The notes below the pieces were generated by a model. That model worked only from the letters and a program-made list of their open reading frames with translations, was not told the origin of the DNA and made no database searches. From Chthoniobacterales bacterium (lineage in GTDB: Bacteria; Verrucomicrobiota; Verrucomicrobiia; Chthoniobacterales; JAATET01), in contig DATCRI010000077.1 in the NCBI GenBank assembly GCA_036569045.1, positions 24,916 through 88,915 on the forward strand: a stretch of 64,000 nucleotides of DNA, in the 5' to 3' direction. A program made the translations under genes and the position numbers. Below are positions 19,150-31,176 of this stretch, piece by piece. Numbering within the stretch: position 1 is the stretch's first letter; every line of letters starts with the position of its first letter.

Positions 19150-20165
19150 TGCGCACGCCCGTCACCATCCTCACCGGCTTCCTCGGCGCGGGAAAAACCA
19201 CGCTGCTGAATCGCATCCTCACCGAGAATCACGGCCAGCGCATCGCCGTCATCGAAAACGAATTTGGCGAGATCGGCATCGACCACGAGCTCGTCGTGCA
19301 GAGCGACGAGGAGATTTTCGAGATGAACAACGGCTGCATCTGCTGCACCGTGCGCGGCGACCTCATCCGCATCCTCGGCCGCCTAATGAAGCGGCGCGAC
19401 AAGTTCGACCGCGTCCTCATCGAGACCACCGGCCTCGCGGATCCCGGCCCTGTCGTTCAGACGTTCTTCATGGACGACGACATGAAGGAACACTTCGTCG
19501 TCGACGCGATCGTGACCGTGGTCGACGCGAAGCACATCCTGCTCCATCTCGACGACAGCTCCGAGGCCCGCGAGCAGGTGGCCTTCGCCGACGTGCTGCT
19601 TCTCAACAAGGGCGATCTCGTCACTCCCGCCGATCTCGACGCCCTCGATCGTCGCCTGCGGGGCATCAACGCTCTCGCGACGATTCATCGCACCGTCAGC
19701 AGCGACATCGCGATCGAGAAGGTGCTGGGCATCGGCGCCTTCACCCTCGACCACGCCATGGAGGTCGATCCCCATTTCCTCGAGGACGCGGCACCCGCGC
19801 ATGACGAGCACGACCACGAATGCGGCGAAGATTGCGAGCACGAGCATCACCACCATCATCATCATCACGATGATGACGTCACCAGCGTCGGCATCGAGGC
19901 GGCGGGTGATTGCGACGGACGCAAGCTGAACGGCTGGCTCTCCGAACTCGTGCGCGTGCAGGGGCAGGACATTTTCCGCATGAAGGGCGTGTTCGCCGTC
20001 GCGGGAAATCCGGATCGCATCGTTTTCCAGGGCGTGCACATGCTCATCGATGGCGCGAATGGCGGCCCGTGGGGCGCGCGCCCGCGCACGAACAGGCTCG
20101 TCTTCATCGGTCGCAATCTCGACCGGGCCGCGCTGAATGCGGGCTTCCGCGCCTGCCTCGTTTAA
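19149..20165 (+). CDS. COG0523/CobW-family GTPase metallochaperone with His-rich insert
   Basis: P-loop [12 protein letters not shown], CxCC motif GCICCT, and [26 protein letters not shown]. The ATG overlaps the hldD stop by one base (TGATG). Confidence 0.85.
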   Translation: MRTPVTILTGFLGAGKTTLLNRILTENHGQRIAVIENEFGEIGIDHELVVQSDEEIFEMNNGCICCTVRGDLIRILGRLMKRRDKFDRVLIETTGLADPGPVVQTFFMDDDMKEHFVVDAIVTVVDAKHILLHLDDSSEAREQVAFADVLLLNKGDLVTPADLDALDRRLRGINALATIHRTVSSDIAIEKVLGIGAFTLDHAMEVDPHFLEDAAPAHDEHDHECGEDCEHEHHHHHHHHDDDVTSVGIEAAGDCDGRKLNGWLSELVRVQGQDIFRMKGVFAVAGNPDRIVFQGVHMLIDGANGGPWGARPRTNRLVFIGRNLDRAALNAGFRACLV

Positions 20166-20178
20166 CCGACGCGTCGCC

Positions 20179-21180
20179 ATGAAGCTCGCTGAACACGCCC
20201 GACTTTCCGCCGGCGATCACATCCTCGGATTATCGTGGGCCGCGGACGGCGAAAGCCTCGCGGTCACGCCCGCAAGCGGGCCGATCCTGGTGCGCCGCGA
20301 AAGCGACGTGCGTGAACTCCCCGACCACGGCCTCGGCAACGGCGCGGCGGTTTTTCATCCCTCCGAGGCCCTTCTCGCCACGGCCGGCACCGACGGACGC
20401 ATTCGCCTGCACGATTTCGCGGCCCCGCCCCGCGAAATTGCGCTCGGCAAGGGCTGGATCGAGCGCCTCGCCTGGAGCCCCGACGGCGCCCATCTCGCCA
20501 CCGGCCACGGCAAACGCCTTGTCATTCTCGACCAGACCGGAGCGCCGGCTCAGGAATTCGCCGCGCACAAGAGCACCGTCGCCGACTTCGCGTGGAATCC
20601 CCGGGAGCCGCACGAGATTGCGAGCGTCGCCGACGGCGGCGCGACGATGTGGCGTCTCGGCGAGGAGGAGCCGTTTGCCCGCTTCGACTGGGGCGGCGCC
20701 AGCCTGCTGGCCGACTGGAGCCCGGACGGCCGCTGGCTCGCCACGGGCGACCAGACCACGAGCGTCCACGTCTACGACTTCACGCGGGACTACCCGCTGC
20801 ACATCCAGGGCTACGAGACCAAGGTCAAGGCGCTCGCCTTCAACAGCGCGTCGCGCAAGCTTGCGACCGGCGGCGGCCAGCTCGTGACCGTCTGGCCCTG
20901 CACGGGAAAGCACGGCCCCGAGGGCGCCGTGCCAAAGCAACTTCCCGGCCACACCGGCGACAGCATCGCCCTTGCCTACCGCCGCGGCAGCGACTGGCTC
21001 GCCTCGGGTGGCACGGATGGACGCCTCATCCTTTTCGAGCCCGAGAGCTCTGGCCAGCCGCGGGCCAGCCTGTCCCTCGATTCCGCCGTAACGACCATCG
21101 CCTGGCACCCGGCCGATCCCATTCTCGCGGCCGGCACGGAAAATGGTGATGTCGTGCTCGTTCACGTTGCCACCAAATGA
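20179..21180 (+). CDS. WD40-repeat protein
   Basis: Repeated W(S)PDG..LATG units (LAWSPDGAHLATGH, ADWSPDGRWLATGD, LASGGTDGRLILF). Confidence 0.7.
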   Translation: MKLAEHARLSAGDHILGLSWAADGESLAVTPASGPILVRRESDVRELPDHGLGNGAAVFHPSEALLATAGTDGRIRLHDFAAPPREIALGKGWIERLAWSPDGAHLATGHGKRLVILDQTGAPAQEFAAHKSTVADFAWNPREPHEIASVADGGATMWRLGEEEPFARFDWGGASLLADWSPDGRWLATGDQTTSVHVYDFTRDYPLHIQGYETKVKALAFNSASRKLATGGGQLVTVWPCTGKHGPEGAVPKQLPGHTGDSIALAYRRGSDWLASGGTDGRLILFEPESSGQPRASLSLDSAVTTIAWHPADPILAAGTENGDVVLVHVATK

Positions 21181-21884
21181 CCGGATCCATTCTCATCACC
21201 GGCGCCAGCCGCGGCATCGGCCTCGCCCTCAGCATCGCGTTCGCAAAAGCCGAATGGACGGTCTTCGCGGGCGCCCGGCGTCCCCGCACGCCGCTGCTCT
21301 GGAACGCATCCCAGGAATTTCCGAACCTCCACCCCTTTCCGCTCAATGTCACGGACGACATCTCGGTCGGCGAAGCCGCCGCCGCGCTCGCTCGCGAGAC
21401 CGACTCGCTCGACGTGCTCGTCAACAACGCCGCCGTGTTTCCGGGCGAAGGCAACGAGCGCCTCGAGGATCTCGATCTCGAATGGTTCGCCGAAGCCATC
21501 GAGACCAATGTCACCGGCGTTGCCCGCGTCACCCGCGCTTTCCTGCCATGGCTCCGCCGGGGCATCCACCCCCGAATCATCAACATCTCCTCCGGCGCCG
21601 GCTCCATCGCCGACAAGGAGGACTTCAACTACTATCCCTATTCGGTTTCGAAGGCCGCGCTGAACATGCTCACCCGCGCGATGGCCGCGGAATTTCGGCC
21701 GTCCGGAATCGCCGTCACCGCGCTCAGCCCCGGCTGGGTGAAAACCGAAATGGGCGGTCCGAATGCGCCCCTCACGGCCGAGCAATCCGCCCGCAGCCTC
21801 TACACGACGATCGGCCGGCTCACGCTCGCAGATTCCGGCCGCTTCCTCGGCCGAGACGGCCAGAGCAGCGATTACACCTGGTAG
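21177..21884 (+). CDS. short-chain dehydrogenase/reductase (SDR)
   Basis: ITGASRGIG cofactor motif and YSVSKAAL (YxxxK) catalytic motif. ATGA overlap with the WD40 gene. Confidence 0.85.
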   Translation: MTGSILITGASRGIGLALSIAFAKAEWTVFAGARRPRTPLLWNASQEFPNLHPFPLNVTDDISVGEAAAALARETDSLDVLVNNAAVFPGEGNERLEDLDLEWFAEAIETNVTGVARVTRAFLPWLRRGIHPRIINISSGAGSIADKEDFNYYPYSVSKAALNMLTRAMAAEFRPSGIAVTALSPGWVKTEMGGPNAPLTAEQSARSLYTTIGRLTLADSGRFLGRDGQSSDYTW

Positions 21885-21894
21885 ATGGCGAGGG

Positions 21895-22239
21895 TCATAT
21901 CCCGCGCTCGCGCTTCACCAGCGCGATGGATTCGCGAAAAACTCCACCCGCCGTTTCCACCTCCGACGCCAGCGCCGCGACGCTGCCAGCCTTTGCCTGC
22001 GTCTCGATGCGGGCCATCACGCCGCTAAACCCGGTGAAGCCAAAATTCGCCGCGCTGCCTTTGGCCTGGTGGGCCGCCCGGGCGAGCTGCACCGCATCGC
22101 CAGCCGCCGCCGCATTCGCGGCTTCCTTCAAAATCCGGGGCAGATCGATCTCGAACTCCCGGTAGATCTCGACGAAGTCCGGCGTGAAGCCGTCGGCAAT
22201 CATGTCGAGCTGCTCCCAATCTATGGCGGGGGAAGTCAT
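21895..22239 (-). CDS. stand-alone Hpt (histidine phosphotransfer) domain protein
   Basis: 114 aa beginning MTSPAIDWEQLD. Hpt signature AHQAKGSAANFG. The longer track ORF upstream is Arg/Ser-rich shadow sequence. Confidence 0.7.
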   Translation of the reverse strand: MTSPAIDWEQLDMIADGFTPDFVEIYREFEIDLPRILKEAANAAAAGDAVQLARAAHQAKGSAANFGFTGFSGVMARIETQAKAGSVAALASEVETAGGVFRESIALVKRERGI

Positions 22240-22300
22240 AGGCGGCGAGTGTGCCGTCGGACCGAAAATTTCGCAACGCCGAATGCTCGGAGTCGAACGA

Positions 22301-22888
22301 TCAAATCGGCCAGCGCAGCACCGCAGGCTGCTCGATCGCTGCCGCCAGCAGACGCAGGTAGCGGAGCCGGGGAATCTCGATGGCGCCGAATTGCGCGAGG
22401 TGCGGCGTAGTCCATTGCGTGTCGAGCAACGAAAAGCCGCCGGCCAAGAGAATGCGCGACAGCCAGACCAGGGCGACCTTCGAGGCATGCGTGCGCCGGT
22501 GGAACATCGACTCGCCGAAGAACGCGCCGCCGATCGCCACGCCATAAAGCCCGCCCGCCAGCTCGCCATCGCGCCAGACCTCGACGGAGTGCGCGTGGCC
22601 CAGCTGGTGCAGGCGCACGAAGCTCGCAACGATGATGTCGTCGATCCACGTCTCCGCCCGCTCCGCGCAGGCGCGCATCACCGCCTCGAACTCCGTGTTC
22701 ACCCGAACCTCCCATTCCGGGTCGCGCATCGCCTGGCGCGTGCCGTGGGGAACATGGAAGCTCTCGAGCGGGATCACGCCGCGACGCTGGGGACTGAACC
22801 ACTGGATGTCCCCCGGCGCGACCGCCATCGGGAAGGCGCCCTGTCGATACGCACTCAGCAGGAGTTCGGGCGGAATGAGGATTGCCAT
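22301..22888 (-). CDS. aat: leucyl/phenylalanyl-tRNA-protein transferase
   Basis: The last 195 aa of the 867-aa track ORF: LLSAYRQGAFPM...WFSP..RGVIPL...GGLYGVAIGGAFFGESMF. The rest of that ORF is antisense to guaA. Confidence 0.9.
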   Translation of the reverse strand: MAILIPPELLLSAYRQGAFPMAVAPGDIQWFSPQRRGVIPLESFHVPHGTRQAMRDPEWEVRVNTEFEAVMRACAERAETWIDDIIVASFVRLHQLGHAHSVEVWRDGELAGGLYGVAIGGAFFGESMFHRRTHASKVALVWLSRILLAGGFSLLDTQWTTPHLAQFGAIEIPRLRYLRLLAAAIEQPAVLRWPI

Positions 22889-22915
22889 GACAGGCCGATT
22901 TTCTATGCTGCCGCG

Positions 22916-23092
22916 GTGAAAATCGCCTTCATTCTTTGCGGAATCTGCATAAGCGCCCTCCTCGCCGGCTGTGCCGTGGCGGAGAGCGACGGCAGTGAAG
23001 TCGGCACACAATTTCAACGCGGCATCCAGGGCCAGGGACAGATCGTGCCCAACAACGCGACCAGCGACTCCTTCGGCTCCGACTACCGCTAG
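22916..23092 (+). CDS. possible 58-aa lipoprotein (GTG start)
   Basis: VKIAFILCGICISALLAGCAVAESDGS... has a lipobox LAGC. It is in frame with the tail of track ORF 22184..23092 and below the 60-aa cutoff on its own. Confidence 0.35.
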   Translation: MKIAFILCGICISALLAGCAVAESDGSEVGTQFQRGIQGQGQIVPNNATSDSFGSDYR

Positions 23093-23119
23093 CTCACCGT
23101 CCTCACTCTCATCCTGCCC

Positions 23120-24697
<1,578 letters not shown>

Positions 24698-24884
24698 TTT
24701 CTCGCGATCAATCCCTCTCCGCGGAGAGAAAGGAACATGGCCGCGCCGAGACCATCGGTGCCGTGGAGACGTCCAATGGTGAAACGGTCGCGGTCGACAT
24801 GCGGGGCGACCCCGCCCCGGGAGGAAACTGATCTCCGGCAATTCCTTGTCGGCGCCGCGCGCAGTCGCTATGCGTGACGCCACC

Positions 24885-25373
24885 ATGCATAGTGGAAGGG
24901 CCATTTATCCGGGCAGCTTCGATCCAGTCACCCGCGGCCACCTCGACGTCATTCAGCGAGCGCGAGCCATGTTCCCGCAGCTCATCGTCGCCGTCGCCCG
25001 CAACGAGCCCAAGGGCCCGCTCTTTTCCGCGGAAGAGCGCGCCCGCCTCATCCGGAAATCCCTGCCCGCCGACTCCGGCGTGCGCGTGGAAACCTTCGAT
25101 CAGCTGCTCGTCGAGTTCGCGCAGCAGCAGGATACCTTCGTCGTCATTCGCGGCCTGCGCGCCGTTTCGGATTTCGAATTCGAGTTTCAGATGGCGCTCA
25201 TGAACCGCCGGCTCGAGCCGCGGCTGGAAACGGTCTTCCTCACGCCACAGGAGGAGTTCACCTTCCTGAGTTCGCGCATCGTGAAGGAAGTCGCCCGACT
25301 CGGCGGCGACGTCACGCCCTTCGTGCCCGCGCACGTCGCCAGTTCTCTGAAAGAGAAGTTCGCGAAAGGTTGA
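24885..25373 (+). CDS. coaD: phosphopantetheine adenylyltransferase
   Basis: AIYPGSFDPVTRGHLDVI motif. The start is ambiguous (ATG 24885, ATG 24870 or TTG 24846). Confidence 0.9.
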   Translation: MHSGRAIYPGSFDPVTRGHLDVIQRARAMFPQLIVAVARNEPKGPLFSAEERARLIRKSLPADSGVRVETFDQLLVEFAQQQDTFVVIRGLRAVSDFEFEFQMALMNRRLEPRLETVFLTPQEEFTFLSSRIVKEVARLGGDVTPFVPAHVASSLKEKFAKG

Positions 25374-25400
25374 GTCGGACGGCCAAAAAAACGAAAGCTC

Positions 25401-25428
25401 CCGGAATTTTCCGGATTTCCTGTTTTCC
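25401..25428 (+). terminator. weak hairpin plus T-rich tail after coaD
   Basis: CCGGAA-TT-TTCCGG followed by ATTTCCTGTTTTCC, 28 nt after the coaD stop. Confidence 0.3.
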
Positions 25429-25493
25429 AGATTCCAATTTGTAGCGGAAACTCCCGAAGTCCGCTGCGTTCTCGCCTCAGCCCTTCCGCCGCA

Positions 25494-25952
25494 ATGAAAA
25501 TTCATCTTCGCCAGATTCCGCAGGACACCACCGTCCACCTCACCGACGAGCTCGATCCCGCCTTCCTCGAGCTCGATCCCGAGGAAGCCACTGCGATCAC
25601 GCCGGTGCATTGCGCCCTCGATGTCGGCGTATCCGGCGGCGGATTATTCGCCACCGGCCGCATCACCGTCGGCATCCGGCTGACGTGCGTGAAATGCCTG
25701 AACGAGTTCGATACGACCTTCGTCGTGCCCGATTTCGCAGCCCAGGTGGAACTCGACGGTCGTGAATCCGTGGACTTGACCCCGGAGATTCGCGAAGATA
25801 TTCTCCTCGTCTTGCCTACCCATCCGCGATGCGATGCGGACGGCAGGACCAAATGTCCCGCCACGTTCCGGAGCGCGCCCGCCGCGCCCTTGACCGAAGA
25901 AGTGGAACCCTCCACCTGGAGTGCGCTGGACCAAATCAAACCGAAGAAATAA
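25494..25952 (+). CDS. yceD: YceD/DUF177 family protein
   Basis: 152 aa, with Cys pairs (CVKCLNEF ... HPRCDADGRTKC), in the conserved position immediately upstream of rpmF. Confidence 0.8.
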   Translation: MKIHLRQIPQDTTVHLTDELDPAFLELDPEEATAITPVHCALDVGVSGGGLFATGRITVGIRLTCVKCLNEFDTTFVVPDFAAQVELDGRESVDLTPEIREDILLVLPTHPRCDADGRTKCPATFRSAPAAPLTEEVEPSTWSALDQIKPKK

Positions 25953-25970
25953 CCTAAACGCTTTCCAGTC

Positions 25971-26153
25971 ATGGGAGTTCCGAAACGTAAAACCTCGAAA
26001 ATGCGCCTGCGCACCCGCAAGGCGGCGAACCGCTGGCATGCTCCCAAGCTTGCCAAGTGCCCGCAATGCAGCGCCGCTGTGCTCAGCCACATCGCCTGCC
26101 CGTCCTGCGGCTACTACAAAGGCCGTCAGGTCCTCACGATCGAGGCTCACTAA
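25971..26153 (+). CDS. rpmF: 50S ribosomal protein L32
   Basis: MGVPKRKTSKMRLRTRKA..., zinc-ribbon form (CPQC...CPSCG). Confidence 0.95.
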   Translation: MGVPKRKTSKMRLRTRKAANRWHAPKLAKCPQCSAAVLSHIACPSCGYYKGRQVLTIEAH

Positions 26154-27173
26154 CATTTTTTCCCGCTGTTCCCAAGTCTATGAGGGTGGCCCTCGACGCC
26201 ATGGGGGGAGATTTCGCCCCCAAGAATGCCATTGCCGGTGCGGCCATGGCGCTCCGCGAGCTCAAGGACCTCAAAAAGCTTTATCTGACCGGAGATGAAG
26301 CACAGCTCACTCGTGAGCTGAAGGCGAACAAGTGCAACGACCGGCGCATTGAGATCGTCCATACGACGCAGGTCGTGGAGATGACCGATCACGCCGTCGA
26401 GGCCGTCCGGAAAAAGAAGGACTCTTCGGTCAATCGCGCCGTCGACATCGTCAAGAGGGGCGATGCTGACGCCGTCGTGAGCGCCGGGCACACAGGGGCG
26501 ATGGTCGCCTCGTGCACGATCAAACTCCGCACCCTCAAGGGCGTGGAGCGGCCCGGTATTGCCAGTTACCTGCCCACCGAGCACAACGTCTGCGTCCTCA
26601 TCGACGCCGGCGCGAACGTGGACGCCCGCCCGATCCACATGCTCCAGTATGCGATCATGGGCACCGTCGTTTCGGAACTGGTGCTCGGGCAGAAGAATCC
26701 CTCCGTCGGCCTCATGTCGATCGGCGGCGAGGACCAGAAGGGCAACGAATTCACGAAGGAAATCTTCAAGCTGCTCAAGGCGAGCAAGCTGAACTTTCGC
26801 GGCAACGTCGAAGGCCACGATCTGTTCGAGCGCCCCGTCGAGGTCGTCCTCTGCGATGGGTTCGTCGGCAACGTCGTGCTGAAGACCTGCGAGGCGACCG
26901 CCAGCGCGGTTTTCAGCTGGCTCAAGCGTGAGCTGATGGCAAATCCCAAGCGCAAGGCCGGCGCCATGCTGGCGCAGAACGCGTTTCGCGCGATTCGCAA
27001 CAAGACGAACTACGAGACCTACGGCGGCAGTCCGCTCGTCGGCGTCGACGGCATCGCCATCATTGCCCACGGCGCCAGCAGCCCGCTCGCGATGAAGAAC
27101 GCGATTCGCGTCGCCTGCGAACTCATCGAGAAAAAGATCAACCCCCGCATCGTCGAGGCCATCCAGCAGTTTA

Positions 27174-28190
<1,017 letters not shown>

Positions 28191-28250
28191 GCCCCGGCTG
28201 ACGGGGCCATTGCAATTTTGCCGGCGTTGTCCGAAGATCATGGCCCCGCC

Positions 28251-30335
28251 ATGAGATTCAGCCTGCGAGCCAAGATTCTCAGCCTTGCCGCGCTCGCCGG
28301 CGTGCTGTCGCTGCTCGCCGCGGTCGTCGTCATCTGGTCGATCGGCTATCGTCAGCGAGTCGTCGAGCAGGGTTCCCGGTTCCAAAGCGAGGCCGGCCAC
28401 GTGGCCAACACGCTGCACCTCCTCGTCGACCAGGAAATCAGCAGCCTCGAAGAACTGCTCGTCCTCGGCAACATCGCCGGCGACCTCTCCCGCATCGCCC
28501 CGGGCTCCAATGCCGGCGTCGATGTCGCCAGGCTCGACAAGGCGTGGGCGAACCTGCCGCTGTCCGCTCCCGAGATCTCCACCGTCCTTCAGAACGATCT
28601 CTCGGTGGCCCTGCGCCGGTTTCAAAGCACCAATCCCTCCTTCGCCGAGATCCTTGTCACCGACGAGCACGGCCGGCTGATCGCCGCGACGGGAAAGGCG
28701 AGCGACTACGACCAGTCCGACGAAGACTGGTGGCGGCAGGCCATGGCGCTCCGCGCCGGGCGGGCGCTTCTCACGGGGCTCGATTACGATGAAAGCGCGG
28801 GCGTTTTCTCCCTCGATATCTCGATCCCGATTCCCTCCGCCAACGCAGGCAGCCCGTCCGGGGTGATGAAGGCCGTTCTGAATATCTCGCCCATTTTCGC
28901 GAGCATTCCGGTGTTTTCCCCGCAATCCGGCGTCACCAGCTCCGTGGTGCGCCCCGACGGCGACATTCTCCTGCGCGCTTCCGAGCACGCTCCCCAACCC
29001 TCCGGCGATCGGATTCTTCCAAAGGCCATGGAGCAGCTCCAGTCCGCATCCTCCGGCTGGTTCGTTGGCCCCCTTCGCGATAACGTCACCAAAATGGTCG
29101 GCTTTGCCTCGGTGCATCTCTCCGGCATCGTCAACGCCGAGGGCGCCGCCCAGGGACCCGCCATCTATCTCGTCATCGAAGAGCCCGCCCGCGCTCTGCT
29201 CAGACCCGTTCTGCAGCGCACCCTCATCACTCTCGGCGTGGGTTCCATCTTTATCATTGGTTGCGTGCTCACGGGCGTCTGGCTCATCCAGCGCAACCTG
29301 CTCACGCCCATTGAAATTCTTCGCACCGCCGCTGCGGCGATCACGACCACAGCCAGCCGCCCCGCCGTGCAATCCACGCCGATCCTTCAGGATTCCTTCC
29401 GTCGCATTTCCACCATCCGCACCCGCGACGAAATGCAGGAACTCGCGCAGGACTTCTCCACCATGGCCGGGCGGTTACTCAATTACCAAAGTGATCTCCG
29501 GCGCGAGATCGGCACGAAGACGGCGGAAATTCAGCGCGATCTCGATCTTGCCCGCGACTTCCAGCAGGCCTTCCTTCCGCACGCCTATCCCCGCGTGCCC
29601 GCCGTCAGTGCACCGGGCGCTCTTTCGCTGAACTTCTGCCACATCTACCAGGCAGCCTCCACCGTGGGCGGCGACTTCCTCGATGTGGTTCAGCTCAACG
29701 ACCATTGCGCCGGCGTCCTCATCGCCGACGTCATGGGACACGGCACCCGCTCCGCTCTTGTCACCGCCATCCTCCGCACGATCCTTCACGGCCTCGCGAC
29801 CCGCACCGAAGATCCCGCCCAGTTCCTCGGCCTGCTCAACCAGCGCTTCCACGACATCCTCAAGGAAACCGACGAGCTCATCTTCGTTTCCGTCTGCTAC
29901 GTCATCCTCGACACGCAGGCGCAGACCGTGCGTTGCGCCTCCGCCGGTCATCCGAGTCCGCTCGTCGCCAATCGCGGCACCCGTGAGCTCACCGCGCTGT
30001 TCGAAATCCTCCGCCACAATCCCGCCCTCGGCCTCTATTCCGACAGCCAATACGAGGTCTTCGCCCGGCCGCTGCGCGACGGCGACGTCCTGCTGCTTTT
30101 CACCGACGGCGTCATCGAGGCCATGAACCCCTCCGACGAAGATTTCGGAATTACCCGACTGGAAGCGGCCGTGCGCGAGAATCTCGACGCCGACCTCCCC
30201 TCTCTCACGAAGTCCCTGCTCGACCGCGTGCTCGCCTTCACCGACACCCAGCCCCCCACCGACGACATTTGCCTGCTCGCCGCCGAGGCTGTCGCCTCGG
30301 TGCGGGTGCGCACCCCGTCACCGGATTCCCGCTAG
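28251..30335 (+). CDS. membrane sensor PP2C/SpoIIE-family serine phosphatase with HAMP linker
   Basis: Two TM helices flank a ~300-aa extracytoplasmic domain. HAMP-like DEMQELAQDFSTMAGRL. PP2C block GGDFLDV...ADVMGHG...FTDGVIEA. ATG 28251 preferred over TTG 28218. Confidence 0.8.
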   Translation: MRFSLRAKILSLAALAGVLSLLAAVVVIWSIGYRQRVVEQGSRFQSEAGHVANTLHLLVDQEISSLEELLVLGNIAGDLSRIAPGSNAGVDVARLDKAWANLPLSAPEISTVLQNDLSVALRRFQSTNPSFAEILVTDEHGRLIAATGKASDYDQSDEDWWRQAMALRAGRALLTGLDYDESAGVFSLDISIPIPSANAGSPSGVMKAVLNISPIFASIPVFSPQSGVTSSVVRPDGDILLRASEHAPQPSGDRILPKAMEQLQSASSGWFVGPLRDNVTKMVGFASVHLSGIVNAEGAAQGPAIYLVIEEPARALLRPVLQRTLITLGVGSIFIIGCVLTGVWLIQRNLLTPIEILRTAAAAITTTASRPAVQSTPILQDSFRRISTIRTRDEMQELAQDFSTMAGRLLNYQSDLRREIGTKTAEIQRDLDLARDFQQAFLPHAYPRVPAVSAPGALSLNFCHIYQAASTVGGDFLDVVQLNDHCAGVLIADVMGHGTRSALVTAILRTILHGLATRTEDPAQFLGLLNQRFHDILKETDELIFVSVCYVILDTQAQTVRCASAGHPSPLVANRGTRELTALFEILRHNPALGLYSDSQYEVFARPLRDGDVLLLFTDGVIEAMNPSDEDFGITRLEAAVRENLDADLPSLTKSLLDRVLAFTDTQPPTDDICLLAAEAVASVRVRTPSPDSR

Positions 30336-30409
30336 TTCGCCGCTTCCGCCCAAGGATTTGCATTTGCTGCGGACAGAGGGCGGGATAACGTGACGGACAT
30401 CACCACTCC

Positions 30410-30820
30410 ATGAAAACCCGGGTGCTTCTCTTCGCTGCCGCGCTCCTTCTTGTCTCCATCACCGCCTCGCAGGCGGGCGGACGCTGCGGTCCCGGCTGGG
30501 GCGGCGGCCCTCGATTTTACGGCGGTTGGGGCTGGGGCGGTGGCTACTGCGGCCCGGCGTTCGGCGTCGCCTTTGCGGCGCCCGTCGTCGTTTACCGACC
30601 CGCTCCGGTCTACTACTACGCCGCGCCCGTCTACGTCGCCAGTCAGGCCTCACTCGTCCGGGCCCAGGCGCAACTTTCCCGCCTCGGCTATTACCGCGGC
30701 GAGGTCGACGGCTCCTTCGGCCCGCTCACGAGCAGCGCCCTGCGCCGCTATCAGGCCGACTACGGCCTCCCCATCACCGGTCGACTCGACCGCGCGACGC
30801 TCGACACGCTGGGCGCCTGA
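30410..30820 (+). CDS. secreted peptidoglycan-binding (PG_binding_1) domain protein
   Basis: Signal peptide, Gly/Trp-rich segment, and C-terminal LSRLGYYRGEVDGSFGPLTSSALRRYQADYGLPITG. Confidence 0.7.
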   Translation: MKTRVLLFAAALLLVSITASQAGGRCGPGWGGGPRFYGGWGWGGGYCGPAFGVAFAAPVVVYRPAPVYYYAAPVYVASQASLVRAQAQLSRLGYYRGEVDGSFGPLTSSALRRYQADYGLPITGRLDRATLDTLGA

Positions 30821-30822
30821 AC

Positions 30823-31176
30823 ATGCTCAAGTTCTACGCCTACGCGAAGTGCGACACCTGCCGAAAGGCGCTGAAGTTTCTGCGGTCAACCGAGATCGCC
30901 TTTGAGGAAATCGCCATTCGCGAGACGCCGCCCACGAAGCCCGAGTTCCGCGCCATGCTCGCCGCGCACGACGGCCAACTTCGCAAGCTCTTCAACACCT
31001 CCGGCGGCGACTACAAGGCCCTGGGCTTGTCCGCAAAACTTCCCGGCCTCGATGTCGAGGAAGCTCTCGACCTGCTCGCCGGGAACGGGAACCTCGTGAA
31101 ACGTCCGTTTGCCCTCAGCGACGACGTTCACCTCGTCGGATTCGACGAGGCGCGCTGGCGCGCGGCGCTGGCGTGA
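30823..31176 (+). CDS. ArsC/Spx/YffB-family thioredoxin-fold protein
   Basis: 117 aa. MLKFYAYAKCDTCRKA... and ...LVKRPF are typical of the family. Confidence 0.8.
   Translation: MLKFYAYAKCDTCRKALKFLRSTEIAFEEIAIRETPPTKPEFRAMLAAHDGQLRKLFNTSGGDYKALGLSAKLPGLDVEEALDLLAGNGNLVKRPFALSDDVHLVGFDEARWRAALA

Noticed and set aside
19845-19868. CAT/CAC run resembling a microsatellite
   Set aside because: It is in frame and encodes the poly-His tract of the COG0523 metallochaperone, a known feature of that family rather than a non-coding repeat.
24737-24877. 45-aa ORF in the guaA-coaD spacer (MAAPRPSVPWRRPMVKRSRST...)
   Set aside because: The composition is Arg/Pro-rich and looks non-coding. It has no hydrophobic or structural pattern and overlaps candidate coaD starts.
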